A program made the translations under genes and the position numbers. A stretch of DNA of 59,564 nucleotides from Caulobacteraceae bacterium (GTDB lineage: Bacteria; Pseudomonadota; Alphaproteobacteria; Caulobacterales; Caulobacteraceae), in contig JBPCMA010000058.1 of NCBI GenBank assembly GCA_051002715.1, positions 1 through 59,564 on the forward strand, given 5' to 3'. Positions 38,016 through 47,471 of this stretch are shown piece by piece; position 1 is the first letter of the stretch; each line of letters opens with the position of its first letter. The notes beneath the pieces are model-generated. The model made no database searches. It was not told the origin of the DNA and saw only the letters and a program-made list of their open reading frames with translations.

Positions 38016-38465
38016 ATGAGCGTCATCCGCTTTTTGTCCACCCGATCGCCCTACCGGCGCGGCGGGCTTATCTTCGACTCCACCGCTGTGGGGACGCGGG
38101 ACGGCCGCGCCGCGCTCTATCTGAACCAGGCGGAATTCGACCGGATTTCACCAGCCGACTACGCCGACCTGGTCGCTGACCCGGCCATTACGATCGAGTT
38201 CCGCAAGGACTGGGAGCGCGCCCGCGGCATTGCCGCCGCGCCGCCGACCCACCCCTCCGAGCCGATCGACCCGGCCGGCGATTTCGTCGAAGTGGTCGGC
38301 GACCCCAAGGACCAGCCGGAGGTCAAGCTCGGCCTGGCCGCCGCCGGCGGCGAGGCGCAACCCAATACCAAGGCGGTCACGGCCGCCATTACGGAGCGGG
38401 GCGGCGGCGGTGTCGCCGTCCCCGCACCGGTAAGGAAACCTCGGCCCAAGGCTCGGCGCCGGTGA
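38016..38465 (+). CDS. gp35-position hypothetical protein
   Basis: YRRGGLIF...LVADPAI; synteny. Confidence 0.6.
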   Translation: MSVIRFLSTRSPYRRGGLIFDSTAVGTRDGRAALYLNQAEFDRISPADYADLVADPAITIEFRKDWERARGIAAAPPTHPSEPIDPAGDFVEVVGDPKDQPEVKLGLAAAGGEAQPNTKAVTAAITERGGGGVAVPAPVRKPRPKARRR

Positions 38466-38884
38466 CCTACGCCGTCCTCGCCGACCTGGTGACGCGATTC
38501 GGCGAGCGGGAGATGATCCAGCTCACCGACCGCTCGCAGCCGCCGGCGGACCAGATCGACGCCGCCGTGGCCCAGAGCGCCCTCGATGCGGCGAGCAGCA
38601 TCGTCGACGGCTACGTGGGCGCGAAATACGCCCTGCCGCTGCCCAGCGTCCCGGCTATCCTGGTCGACGTGGCCTGCGACATCGCCCGCTACCGCCTCTA
38701 CGCCGACCAGGCCCCCGAGCGGGTGGCCGTCCTCCACAAGGAGGCCCGGACGACCCTGCGCGACATCAGCCGGGGCGCCATCAAGATCGACGTGGCGGCC
38801 GTCGAGCCGCCGTCGCGCTCCGACAACATCGAGACCAGCGGCAATCCCCGCCTCTTCTCCCGCTGCTCCCTGACGGTAATGTGA
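38462..38884 (+). CDS. Head-tail adaptor gp36 (DUF1320)
   Basis: YAVLADL..RFGE.E..QLTDR, CDIARYRL. Confidence 0.92.
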   Translation: MTYAVLADLVTRFGEREMIQLTDRSQPPADQIDAAVAQSALDAASSIVDGYVGAKYALPLPSVPAILVDVACDIARYRLYADQAPERVAVLHKEARTTLRDISRGAIKIDVAAVEPPSRSDNIETSGNPRLFSRCSLTVM

Positions 38885-38885
38885 C

Positions 38886-39389
38886 GTGGCCGGCGGTGGC
38901 GTCTCCCTTTCGGTGTCGAGCGCCGACCTGGGCTCGGTCGGCAAGCGCATCGCCAAGATCGCCTCGGCGACCGCCCATGCCCGGCCGCTGATGAACGCCA
39001 TCGGCGCGGCCCTGGAGTCGTCCACCCGCAAGCGGTTCCGCACCCAGCAGTCGCCGGAGGGCGCGACCTGGCGCCCGTCGATCCGCGCCCGCCTCAAAGG
39101 CGGCACGACCTTGATCGCGCACGGCCACCTGCGCGATTCGATCACCCACGACGCCGACGGCAACCACGCCGAGGTGGGCTCCAACCTGATCTACGCCGCC
39201 ATCCACCAGCTGGGCGGGGTGATCCGCGCCAAGGGCGGCGGGATGCTCAGGTTCCGCATCCCGGGCGTCGGCTGGCGCCAGGTGGCCCAGGTCACCATCC
39301 CGGCCCGCCCCTACCTCGGCGTCTCCGAGGAGGACCGCGAGGAGATGGGCGCGCAGGCCGAGCGCTACCTCGAAAAGGCCGCGGCATGA
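38886..39389 (+). CDS. Virion morphogenesis protein (Mu gpG-like)
   Basis: VGSNLIYAAIHQLGG, IPARPYLG. Confidence 0.92.
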   Translation: MAGGGVSLSVSSADLGSVGKRIAKIASATAHARPLMNAIGAALESSTRKRFRTQQSPEGATWRPSIRARLKGGTTLIAHGHLRDSITHDADGNHAEVGSNLIYAAIHQLGGVIRAKGGGMLRFRIPGVGWRQVAQVTIPARPYLGVSEEDREEMGAQAERYLEKAAA

Positions 39390-40024
39390 TTGGTCTCGTC
39401 GAGAACGCCATGCTGGAGAGGGTCAAGGCGGCCAGCGCCTCGGGGCTGCTCGGCTACGATTACCGGACCCTGGAAAATTGGCCCTCCAACTTCGACAAGT
39501 ATCTGGAGAGCAAGGTCCGCTATCCCGCCTGCTGGGCGGCGTTCGGCGGCTCGCACAAGGCCGAGCGGATCGCCGCCGGCCGCTACCGCGTCCACTCCAC
39601 CTTCGCCCTGGTGGTCGGGGCCGAGAACGTGCGCAACGAACAGTCGCGGCGGCTGGGCGGCTCGGCTTCCGAGCCGGGGTCCTATCAGCTGGCCGAGGAC
39701 GCCCTGCAGATCATGGGCGACCAGACGTTCGGCCTGGACATCGACGCCTTCGAGCCGACCTCGGTTTTGCCGGTGGAGAACGCCGACATCCCGGCCCTTC
39801 GCCAGATCTCGCTCTACGCGGCCACCTTCGCCACCGCCCTCTACTACGACCGCGCGCCGCTCAGTGGCGATGTCGCCGACTTCGTGACCTTCCACGCCAA
39901 CTGGGACCCGGCCCCCTACGGCCACGTGGACGCCGATCCGGCTGCTCCGGGCGTGCAGATCCCCGACGACCCCCACGCCGTCGCCACCGACACCGTCACC
40001 TTGGAAGGACCCTGGGCGCCATGA
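39386..40024 (+). CDS. gp37 (DUF1834) tail terminator-like protein
   Basis: MIGLVENAM...PACW...PGSYQL; synteny. Confidence 0.8.
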   Translation: MIGLVENAMLERVKAASASGLLGYDYRTLENWPSNFDKYLESKVRYPACWAAFGGSHKAERIAAGRYRVHSTFALVVGAENVRNEQSRRLGGSASEPGSYQLAEDALQIMGDQTFGLDIDAFEPTSVLPVENADIPALRQISLYAATFATALYYDRAPLSGDVADFVTFHANWDPAPYGHVDADPAAPGVQIPDDPHAVATDTVTLEGPWAP

Positions 40025-40215
40025 GCGACACCCGCACCATCCGCCCCGTCGACGGGCGACGCATCCGCCATCCTGGCTCCGGCAAGCTCCTGAAGGCCGA
40101 GACCGCCGTCGCCTGGAACTCCTACTGGGAGCGGCGCGTCGCCGCCGGCGACGTGAAGCTGGTCGAGCCGAAGCCTCCCGCCGCGCCGGCCGCCGTCGTC
40201 GACAAGAAGGGCTGA
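40021..40215 (+). CDS. gp38 (DUF2635)
   Basis: RPVDGRRIRHP...YWERRVAAGDV. Confidence 0.85.
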   Translation: MSDTRTIRPVDGRRIRHPGSGKLLKAETAVAWNSYWERRVAAGDVKLVEPKPPAAPAAVVDKKG

Positions 40216-40218
40216 TCG

Positions 40219-41676
40219 ATGCTCGAATTCAACTCCATCCCGCTGACGATCCGCACCCCCGGCGCGTTCGTCGAGTTCGACAACACGCGCGCCCAGAAGT
40301 CCCTGGCGCCGTGGGATACCCGGATCATGGTGCTCGGCCAGAAGCTCGGGGCGGGCTCGGCCGCCAGCCTCATGCCGGTGCCCATCAACGCCGTCGGCGA
40401 CGGCGCGGCGGCGTTCGGCCGGGGCTCCATGCTGGACCGCATGATCCTGGCCCTCCAGGGCGTCAACAAGACCACCGAGCTTTGGGCCATGGCCGTGCCG
40501 CAGAACGTCGCCGGCGTGGCGGCGACCTACGTGACCACCTTCACCGCGATTCCGACCGGAGCGGGCACCTTGTCGCTCTATATCGGCGGCGCGGTGGTGC
40601 AGATCGCGGTGGCGGCGGCCGAGCCCCTGGCCACCCTGGCGACCGCCCTGGCCGCCGCCATCAACGCCGATCCCGACCTGCCGGTCTCCGCCGTGGCGGC
40701 CGGCGCGGTGGTCAACTCGACCGTGGCCTGGAAGGGCGAGAGCGGCAACTATGTCGACTTCCGGGTGAACTTCTACGCCAGCGACGCCCTGCCGGCCGGC
40801 CTGGCGCTCAACACCGCCGCCGGCGTGGCCGGCTCGGGAAACCCCGACATCGGCCCCGCCCTCGCCGCCATTGGCGACAAGCAGTGCCACACCATAGTTT
40901 GCCCGTGGACCGACGGCGCCAACCTGGCGGCGCTGGCCACGGAGATGGCCGATCGTCGGGGTCCGCTGGAGATGATCGAGGGCATGGCCTACTGTTCGGC
41001 CAAAGGCAGCCTCGGCTCGCTGCAGACGCTCGGCGCGGCCCAGAACAGCCCCGACATATCGATCAGCGAGTGCGTCGGCCCGGTCACGCCGTGGGAGCGC
41101 GCCGCCCGCGAGGCCGGGGTCATCGCCCTCTACGGGGCCATCGATCCGGCCCGGCCGTTCCAGACCCTCAGCCTCGCCGGCGACATCGCCCCCAATGACA
41201 CCGAGCGGTTCACCCGCGCCGAGCGCGACGGCCTGCTCCACGACGGCATCTCCACCCACACCGTCGACGCCGGCGGCAACGTCCTGCTGGAGCGGCCGAT
41301 CACCACCTACCAGCTCAACGGCGCGGGCGTTCCCGACGATTCCTATCTCGACGTGAACACCATGATCACCCTGGCCTATCTGCGCTTCACCTGGCGGGTG
41401 CGCATGGCGACCAAGTTCCCCAGGTGCAAGCTGACCGACGACAGCACCGTCGCGCCGGGGCAGGCGATGGTGAACACCCGGATGCTGGCGGCCGAGCAGG
41501 TCTGTCTGGCGCGCGACTGGGAGCTGGCCGGCCTGGTCGAGAACATCGACGAGTTCAAGTCGCTGCTGATCGTCGAGCGCGACCCGACCGACCGCAGCCG
41601 GGTCAATTCCCTCATCCCGCCGGACATCGTCAGCGGCCTGCGGGTGAACGCCGGCCAAATCCAGTTCGCGTTCTAG
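40219..41676 (+). CDS. Tail sheath protein (Mu gpL)
   Basis: FNSIP..IRTPG.FVEFDN, FGRGSML, DPARPFQTL. Confidence 0.95.
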   Translation: MLEFNSIPLTIRTPGAFVEFDNTRAQKSLAPWDTRIMVLGQKLGAGSAASLMPVPINAVGDGAAAFGRGSMLDRMILALQGVNKTTELWAMAVPQNVAGVAATYVTTFTAIPTGAGTLSLYIGGAVVQIAVAAAEPLATLATALAAAINADPDLPVSAVAAGAVVNSTVAWKGESGNYVDFRVNFYASDALPAGLALNTAAGVAGSGNPDIGPALAAIGDKQCHTIVCPWTDGANLAALATEMADRRGPLEMIEGMAYCSAKGSLGSLQTLGAAQNSPDISISECVGPVTPWERAAREAGVIALYGAIDPARPFQTLSLAGDIAPNDTERFTRAERDGLLHDGISTHTVDAGGNVLLERPITTYQLNGAGVPDDSYLDVNTMITLAYLRFTWRVRMATKFPRCKLTDDSTVAPGQAMVNTRMLAAEQVCLARDWELAGLVENIDEFKSLLIVERDPTDRSRVNSLIPPDIVSGLRVNAGQIQFAF

Positions 41677-41687
41677 GGGCGCTGATC

Positions 41688-42044
41688 ATGAGCAAAATTC
41701 TCGGCCTGGCGACCATCGCCGTCGACGGCCTGGCCCTGCTTTCCGACGCCGCCGCCACCCTCGATCCGGGCGGCTACATGCGGCCGGTGCAGAAGGGCAA
41801 CGTGATCCTCGGCTTCCGCGAGGAGATCGCCGAATCGAAGCTGGAGGTCAGCGTCGCCATCGACGCGTCGTTCAGCATCGACGCCTACCGCAACATCACC
41901 AACAGCACCGTCAGCTTCGCCGCCGACACCGGCCAGACCTGGGCCATCAACGGCGCCTGGCTCTCCGAGCCGCCTAACATCAGCCAGAAGGACGGCAAGG
42001 CGAAGCTGGTCTTCCTGGGCCCACCCGCCGACGAGGTCACCTGA
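41688..42044 (+). CDS. Tail tube protein
   Basis: Follows the sheath; ATLDPGG, FAADTGQTW..NGAW. Confidence 0.85.
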   Translation: MSKILGLATIAVDGLALLSDAAATLDPGGYMRPVQKGNVILGFREEIAESKLEVSVAIDASFSIDAYRNITNSTVSFAADTGQTWAINGAWLSEPPNISQKDGKAKLVFLGPPADEVT

Positions 42045-42343
42045 TGGACGAGCCTGTCATCTACACCCTCAAGCACCCGATCGAGCAGACCTTCACCCCC
42101 AAGGGCGGCGAGGCGCGCACCGAGACCGTCACCGAGGTCACGGTTCGGCGGGCCAAGGCCAAGGACCTGCGGCTGCTCGACAAATTTCCCGGCGCGATCA
42201 CCCAGTCCCTGGCCCTGATCGGCGCCCTGACGGGCCTCACCCCGCTCCAGCTCGACGAGCTGGACGGCGAGGACGTGTCGGGCCTGGGGGAGATCGTCGG
42301 CGATTTTTTTCCGGATACCCCGACGACTGGCGGGCCGTCCTAG
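42044..42343 (+). CDS. Tail assembly chaperone (gp41-like)
   Basis: TLKHPI, VRRAKAKDL, LDELDGED; slippery T7 near the 3' end. Confidence 0.88.
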   Translation: MDEPVIYTLKHPIEQTFTPKGGEARTETVTEVTVRRAKAKDLRLLDKFPGAITQSLALIGALTGLTPLQLDELDGEDVSGLGEIVGDFFPDTPTTGGPS

Positions 42344-42462
42344 GCGATCTCGCCGGGGTGCTCCACTTCCCGCCGTCCGAGCTGTGGGAGATGGACTTCG
42401 AAGAACTGACGATGTGGCACGACCAGGCGAGGCGCCTCTGCGATGAAGGACTTAAAACTTAG
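42304..42462 (+). CDS. -1 frameshift extension of the tail chaperone (GpE-like)
   Basis: The -1 frame after T7 reads SGYPDDWRAVLGDLAGVLHFPPSELWEMDFEELTMWHDQA. Confidence 0.8.
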   Translation, partial: FFSGYPDDWRAVLGDLAGVLHFPPSELWEMDFEELTMWHDQARRLCDEGLKT

Positions 42463-44104
42463 CCTCGTCGTCCAGGCCATCGACAAGGCCACCTCGCCCC
42501 TGCGCAAGATCGGCGGCGTGATCGGCGGCCTCCAGGGCCGCGTCACCCGCTTCAACAACGTCTTCAAGAAGATCGGCGTTGGCGAAGTGTTGGGCGGCGC
42601 GGCCCTGATTGGAGGCGCGACGCTGGCCGCCAAGAGCATCCTCGATCTCACCAACAAGACGGCGGATCTCGGGGAAGGCTTCCTTCACGCGGCGCAGAAG
42701 GCGGGAACCACCGTCGAGGTCATCCAGCGCCTCGGCTTCGCGGCCAAGCAACTGGGTGTCGACCCGGACGATCTCAGCCGCGGCATCTTCATGATGCAGC
42801 GCCAGATGGTCGACGCCATGACCGGAAAGAAGGAGCCGCGGCGGGCGTTCGGGGCGCTCCATATTTCCATGCCCGAGGTGAAGGCGCTCTCCCGGGACCC
42901 GGAGAAGGCGATCCTCAGGGTCGCCGAGGCCTTCACCAAGATCAGGAACCCGGCCGTGCGCGCCAAGCTGGCCATGGACCTGTTCAGCCGCGCCGGCATC
43001 CGGATGTTGCCTATGTTGCTGGCCGGCGGCGACGAGCTGAAGCGGCTGGAGGCCCAGATCATCGAGGCCCACGGCGTGCTGACCCAGAAGGACGCCGAGT
43101 CCGCCGAGCGCTACATTCAGGCAAAGAACCGGATGGGGATCGCGGTCCGGGGGCTGGAGATGCAGGTAGGCTCCCGCCTCATCCCAACCCTCACTAACGT
43201 GATCGACAAGGTGACCGCGTGGATCGAGCACATGTCTCCCGGCGCGCTCCAGAAGTTCACGGACGCCGTGAACAATCTGGTCCAGAAACTGCCCGATCTG
43301 ATGCCCAAATTGGAGCGGGTCCTAACTCTCGCCAGCAACTTCGCCGACAAAATTCTTGATCTGGCGTCGAACACCAATTTCATGAAAGGCGTCCTGATCG
43401 CCTTGGCGGCGTTCATCGGCGCTCAGTTCCTGGTGGTCATGGTCGAAGCGGGCGCGGCGATCGTCACTCTCGGCGGTTTTCTCGCAGGCCTGGTCGCGCC
43501 AGCGCTCGCCGCCAGCGTGGCCCTGTTCGGCATAGAGATCCCGATTCTCGCTATCGTGGTGGCCGTCGGCTTGATCGCCGGCGCGGTCTACCTCGTCATC
43601 ACCCACTGGAAGCAGATCGCCGCCTTCTTCAAGGGCCTGTGGGACAAGGTCGGCCAGATCTTCGGCGGGGCTTTGAAGTGGATCGAGGCCAACACGCCGA
43701 TCGGCTGGCTCTACGACCGCTGGAACGGCATCGTCCCCTTCTTCGCGGGCCTGTGGGGCAAGATCGAGGACATCCTCTCCGGGGCCTGGAAGCGGATCGC
43801 GGCGGCGACACCGGATTGGCTCAAGACGATCCTCAAAGTGGGCGCGATGGCTGGATTCGCGGCGAACCCGGCGATGGCGATGGCCGCCGCCACATCGTTT
43901 ATGCCGCACGGAGCGCGGCCGGCCGCGCCGGTGGCCGGCCCGGCCAGGGCGATCCATCGGCCGGCGGCCGGTGCGGCGGGCGCCGCCGGCAAGGTGGACG
44001 TCAACATCAGGGTCGATCAGGACGGCCGGGCGCGGGTCAAGTCGGCCCGGTCGAGCAACCCCGACATCTTCGCCCGCGTGATGAGCGGAGTCTTCCCCGG
44101 ATGA
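42443..44104 (+). CDS. Tape measure protein
   Basis: AIDKATSPLRKI start, hydrophobic central segment, periodic Trp repeats. Confidence 0.9.
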   Translation: MKDLKLSLVVQAIDKATSPLRKIGGVIGGLQGRVTRFNNVFKKIGVGEVLGGAALIGGATLAAKSILDLTNKTADLGEGFLHAAQKAGTTVEVIQRLGFAAKQLGVDPDDLSRGIFMMQRQMVDAMTGKKEPRRAFGALHISMPEVKALSRDPEKAILRVAEAFTKIRNPAVRAKLAMDLFSRAGIRMLPMLLAGGDELKRLEAQIIEAHGVLTQKDAESAERYIQAKNRMGIAVRGLEMQVGSRLIPTLTNVIDKVTAWIEHMSPGALQKFTDAVNNLVQKLPDLMPKLERVLTLASNFADKILDLASNTNFMKGVLIALAAFIGAQFLVVMVEAGAAIVTLGGFLAGLVAPALAASVALFGIEIPILAIVVAVGLIAGAVYLVITHWKQIAAFFKGLWDKVGQIFGGALKWIEANTPIGWLYDRWNGIVPFFAGLWGKIEDILSGAWKRIAAATPDWLKTILKVGAMAGFAANPAMAMAAATSFMPHGARPAAPVAGPARAIHRPAAGAAGAAGKVDVNIRVDQDGRARVKSARSSNPDIFARVMSGVFPG

Positions 44105-45312
44105 GCTGGCGCGACCGCTTCACCGGGACGGGCTCCTTCCGGGGCGCGGCGTTCGATATTCAGGAATCGCCGGCCCAGTTCGGGCGGCGCAACCAGCTGC
44201 ACGAGTATCCCCAGCGCGACACCCCGTGGTCCGAGGACCTCGGCCGCAAGGCGCGCCAGTGGACCATCGAGGCGGTGGTCATCGGCGAGGACTACGACCT
44301 GGCCCGCGACGCCCTGATCAAGGCCCTGGAGACCGCCGGCCCCGGCGCCCTGGTGCATCCTTACCTGGGCACCGTCCAGGCGACGGTCGGCCAGTGCCAG
44401 GTCGTCGATTCCACCGCCCACGGCGGGATGGCGACCTTCTCAATGCCGTTCACCGAGGCGGGCGTCGACACCGAGCCGGCCGCCACCCCGGACACCGGCA
44501 CCGCCGCCAACCTCGCCGCCGCCAACGTCCAAGCCGCCTCGGCGGCCTCGGTCACCGCGAACCTCGACGTGACCCAAGGCGAGGCCTTCGTCGGCCAGGC
44601 GGGGAGCGATCTGCTGGGGTCGATGGGCCAGACCATCGGCGGAGCGCTGGCCGCCGTGCAACCCTTCCTGGCCGACCCCTTTTCCACCCAGCGCCAGGTG
44701 GCGGCGATCGCCGCCGGCGGGGTCGCCCTCCTCACCCAGCCGGCCGCCCTGGTCGCCGGCGTGTTCGGCGCGATCGCCGGGGTCGGCGACCTGGCCACCT
44801 ATTCCGACGACGCCATCGGCCAGCTGGGGGCGATGATCTCCTTCGGGGCCGGCCTGCCGCCGGTCATCGGCTCGACGCCCTCGCGCCTGGCCCAGGCGAC
44901 CAACCAGACCACGCTCGTCAACCTGGTGCGCTGCGCCGCCGCCGCCGCCACCGTCAACCAGGTCGCCCAGAGCGTCTTCTCCTCCTACGACGAGGCTGCG
45001 GCGGTGCGCGATCCCCTGGCCGACCAGCTCGACGCCCTGGCCACCTTGATCGCCGACGGCGGCGAGGACAACCTGGCCGCCTCGATCGACGCCCTGCGCC
45101 TGGCCATGGTCCGCGACGTGACGGCGCGCGGCGCCTCGCTCGCCCGGCTCTACGCCTACACCCCGGCGGCGTGCGAGCCGGCCGTGGTCATCGCCCAGCG
45201 CCTCTACGGCGACGCCTCTTTCGCCGACGACATCGTCGCCCGCAACGCCGTCGACGCGCCCCTCTTCATCCCCGGCGGCGCGCCGATCGAGGTCATCAAT
45301 GTCGCCGTCTAG
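44101..45312 (+). CDS. DNA circularization protein (Mu gpN)
   Basis: GSFRGAAF, GRR..LHEYP.RD.PWSEDLGR, LVHPYLG. Confidence 0.93.
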   Translation: MSWRDRFTGTGSFRGAAFDIQESPAQFGRRNQLHEYPQRDTPWSEDLGRKARQWTIEAVVIGEDYDLARDALIKALETAGPGALVHPYLGTVQATVGQCQVVDSTAHGGMATFSMPFTEAGVDTEPAATPDTGTAANLAAANVQAASAASVTANLDVTQGEAFVGQAGSDLLGSMGQTIGGALAAVQPFLADPFSTQRQVAAIAAGGVALLTQPAALVAGVFGAIAGVGDLATYSDDAIGQLGAMISFGAGLPPVIGSTPSRLAQATNQTTLVNLVRCAAAAATVNQVAQSVFSSYDEAAAVRDPLADQLDALATLIADGGEDNLAASIDALRLAMVRDVTARGASLARLYAYTPAACEPAVVIAQRLYGDASFADDIVARNAVDAPLFIPGGAPIEVINVAV

Positions 45313-46480
45313 CGCGTCCGCCCCGGCCCAGTTCGGCCTGCTGATCGGCGGCCAGACCTATGGCGGCTGGACCTCGATCGAGGTCACCAGGAGCCTCGAC
45401 GCCATGGCCGGGACGTTCGAGATCGCCTCGACCGACCGTTGGCCAGGCCAGCCCGAGCAGTGGCCGGTAAAGACCGGCGACCCGGTGAGGGTCACCGTCG
45501 ACGGGGAGCTGCTGCTCACCGGCTGGGTCGACGAGGTCGAGCCCAAGGAGGAGGCCGAGGACCATTCGATCCAGATCAAGGGACGCGGGCGCACCGGCGA
45601 CCTGGTGGACTGTTCGGCGATGAACAAGCCGGGTCGCTGGTCCGGCCGCAAGATCGAGCAGATCGTCTCCGACCTCTGCGCCCCTTTCTCGATCGCCGTC
45701 ACCGTCGAGGGCGACACCGGCGCGCCGTTCAAGGCGTTCGCGATCCAGCAGGGCGAGGCGGTCAAGGAGGCCATCGACCGCCTGGTGCAGCAGCGCGGCC
45801 TGCTCCCCATCGAGACGGCGAGCGGCGACCTGATGCTCGCGGCGCCGGGGACCATGCGGGCCGCCGGCCAGCTGGTGCTGGGCGGGCAGGGGGCCAACCT
45901 CGTCGCCGGCGAGGGCAAGCACAACGCGGCCGAGCGGTTCTCCCTCTACGTGGTCAAGGGCCAGCGACAGGGCGACAACCACGACCACGGCAAAGCCGTC
46001 TCCCAGGTCTCGGCCACCGCCGCCGACCCCCAGGTGACCCGCTATCGGCCGCTGATGATCATGGCCGAGGAGCAGGCGGACGGCGGCTCGGCGGCCGATC
46101 GGGCGCGCTTCGCCGCCACCATCCGCGCCGCCCGCGCCCAGACCGGCAAGCTGACCCGCACCGGGGCCAGGGACGCCGCCGGCGCTCTGTGGGCGCCCAA
46201 CCGGCTGATCACCGTCGCCGCCGCCAATCTGGGCCTGCAGGGCGACCTGCTGATCGCCGAGGTCAAGTTCAAGGTCGACGGGTCTGGCGCCGCCTCGGAG
46301 ATCCATGTGACCCGGCCGGAGGCCTATAGCCTGGGCGAAGTGAAGGGCGTCGGCCTCTCCCGCCTGGACAACAGCCACGCCGGCGCCGGGGCCAAGGCGC
46401 CCAAGGGACGCAAGGGTCGAAAGGGCAAGGGCAAGGGCAAGGGGGCCGGGCTCGACGCCCTGGCCAACCTCGATTCATGA
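45299..46480 (+). CDS. Baseplate hub (Mu gp44/P)
   Basis: YGGWTSIEV, GRTGDLVDCS, ERFS.Y, RYRPL. Confidence 0.92.
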   Translation: MSPSSASAPAQFGLLIGGQTYGGWTSIEVTRSLDAMAGTFEIASTDRWPGQPEQWPVKTGDPVRVTVDGELLLTGWVDEVEPKEEAEDHSIQIKGRGRTGDLVDCSAMNKPGRWSGRKIEQIVSDLCAPFSIAVTVEGDTGAPFKAFAIQQGEAVKEAIDRLVQQRGLLPIETASGDLMLAAPGTMRAAGQLVLGGQGANLVAGEGKHNAAERFSLYVVKGQRQGDNHDHGKAVSQVSATAADPQVTRYRPLMIMAEEQADGGSAADRARFAATIRAARAQTGKLTRTGARDAAGALWAPNRLITVAAANLGLQGDLLIAEVKFKVDGSGAASEIHVTRPEAYSLGEVKGVGLSRLDNSHAGAGAKAPKGRKGRKGKGKGKGAGLDALANLDS

Positions 46481-47022
46481 TGGCCGCCATCCTCCATGCC
46501 GCGAAGGACGCCCGCCGGCGGGCCATGATGGCCGTGGCCAGGGGCGTCCTCTCGGCCATCGACGACACCCAGCAGCTCCAGTCCCTGCAGCTCGACCTGC
46601 TGGACGGCGAGACCGCCGACACGATCGAACGGTTCGAAAATTACGGGTTCAGCGCTGTCCCCTATCCCGGCGCCGAGGCGGTGATGCTCAGTGTCGGCGG
46701 CCTGCGCTCGCACGGCGTGGTGGTCGCCGTGGGGGACCGCCGCTATCGCCTGACCGGCGGCGCGCCGGGCGAAGTGGTGATGCATGACGACCAGGGCCAG
46801 AAGGTGCATCTGCAGCGCGCCGGCGTCCTCATCACCAGCCCCCAGAAGGTCACCGTCCACTCCGACGTCGAGGTCGATGTCACCGCGCCCAAGGTGGTCA
46901 TCACCAGCGACGACGTGGAGCTGGGCGCGGCCGGCGGCATGGCGGTGGCGCGGGTGGGCGACCTGGTCGATCTGGGCGCCGGGACGATCTCCTCCGGTTC
47001 GGCCAAGGTCACCTGCGCATGA
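46477..47022 (+). CDS. Baseplate spike (Mu gp45)
   Basis: ERFENYGF, GGLRSHGVV, DRRYRL, GEVVMHD. Confidence 0.92.
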   Translation: MMAAILHAAKDARRRAMMAVARGVLSAIDDTQQLQSLQLDLLDGETADTIERFENYGFSAVPYPGAEAVMLSVGGLRSHGVVVAVGDRRYRLTGGAPGEVVMHDDQGQKVHLQRAGVLITSPQKVTVHSDVEVDVTAPKVVITSDDVELGAAGGMAVARVGDLVDLGAGTISSGSAKVTCA

Positions 47023-47471
47023 CCGACATCGCCCTCAAAATCACCGACGACGGCGATTTCGCGGCCGACATCTTCATGGCCGGGGCGGACCTGGCCGGCG
47101 ACGACGGGATGCGGACCGCCGTCGTCATCTCCCTCTTCACCGACGCCCGCGCCGGCGACGACGACGTGCTGCCCCAGCCCGGCGGCGACCGGCGAGGCTG
47201 GTGGGGCGACACCTATGCGGAGATCCCCGGCGACGTGACCGGCTCCAAGCTGTGGCTGCTCGACCGCGAGAAGCAACTGCCGTCGGTGCTCTCGCGCGCG
47301 CAGGAATACGCCGGCGCCGCCCTGGCCTGGCTGGTCGATGACGGGGTGGCGAGCGCCGTCAAGGTGGTGGCCAGCTTCCCCGTTCGCGGCTGGCTGGGCC
47401 TTTCCGTCACCGTCGAGCGGCCGAGCGGCCAGGCGCGCCAGCAGTTCGATTTCACCTGGGCCCACTCATGA
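47019..47471 (+). CDS. Baseplate wedge gp46
   Basis: TAVVISLFTD, RGWWGD, GSKLWLL. Confidence 0.93.
   Translation: MTDIALKITDDGDFAADIFMAGADLAGDDGMRTAVVISLFTDARAGDDDVLPQPGGDRRGWWGDTYAEIPGDVTGSKLWLLDREKQLPSVLSRAQEYAGAALAWLVDDGVASAVKVVASFPVRGWLGLSVTVERPSGQARQQFDFTWAHS

Noticed and set aside
46400-46445. AAGGGC tandem repeats as a contingency locus
   Set aside because: In-frame Lys-Gly tail of gp44; a 6-nt unit would not shift the frame
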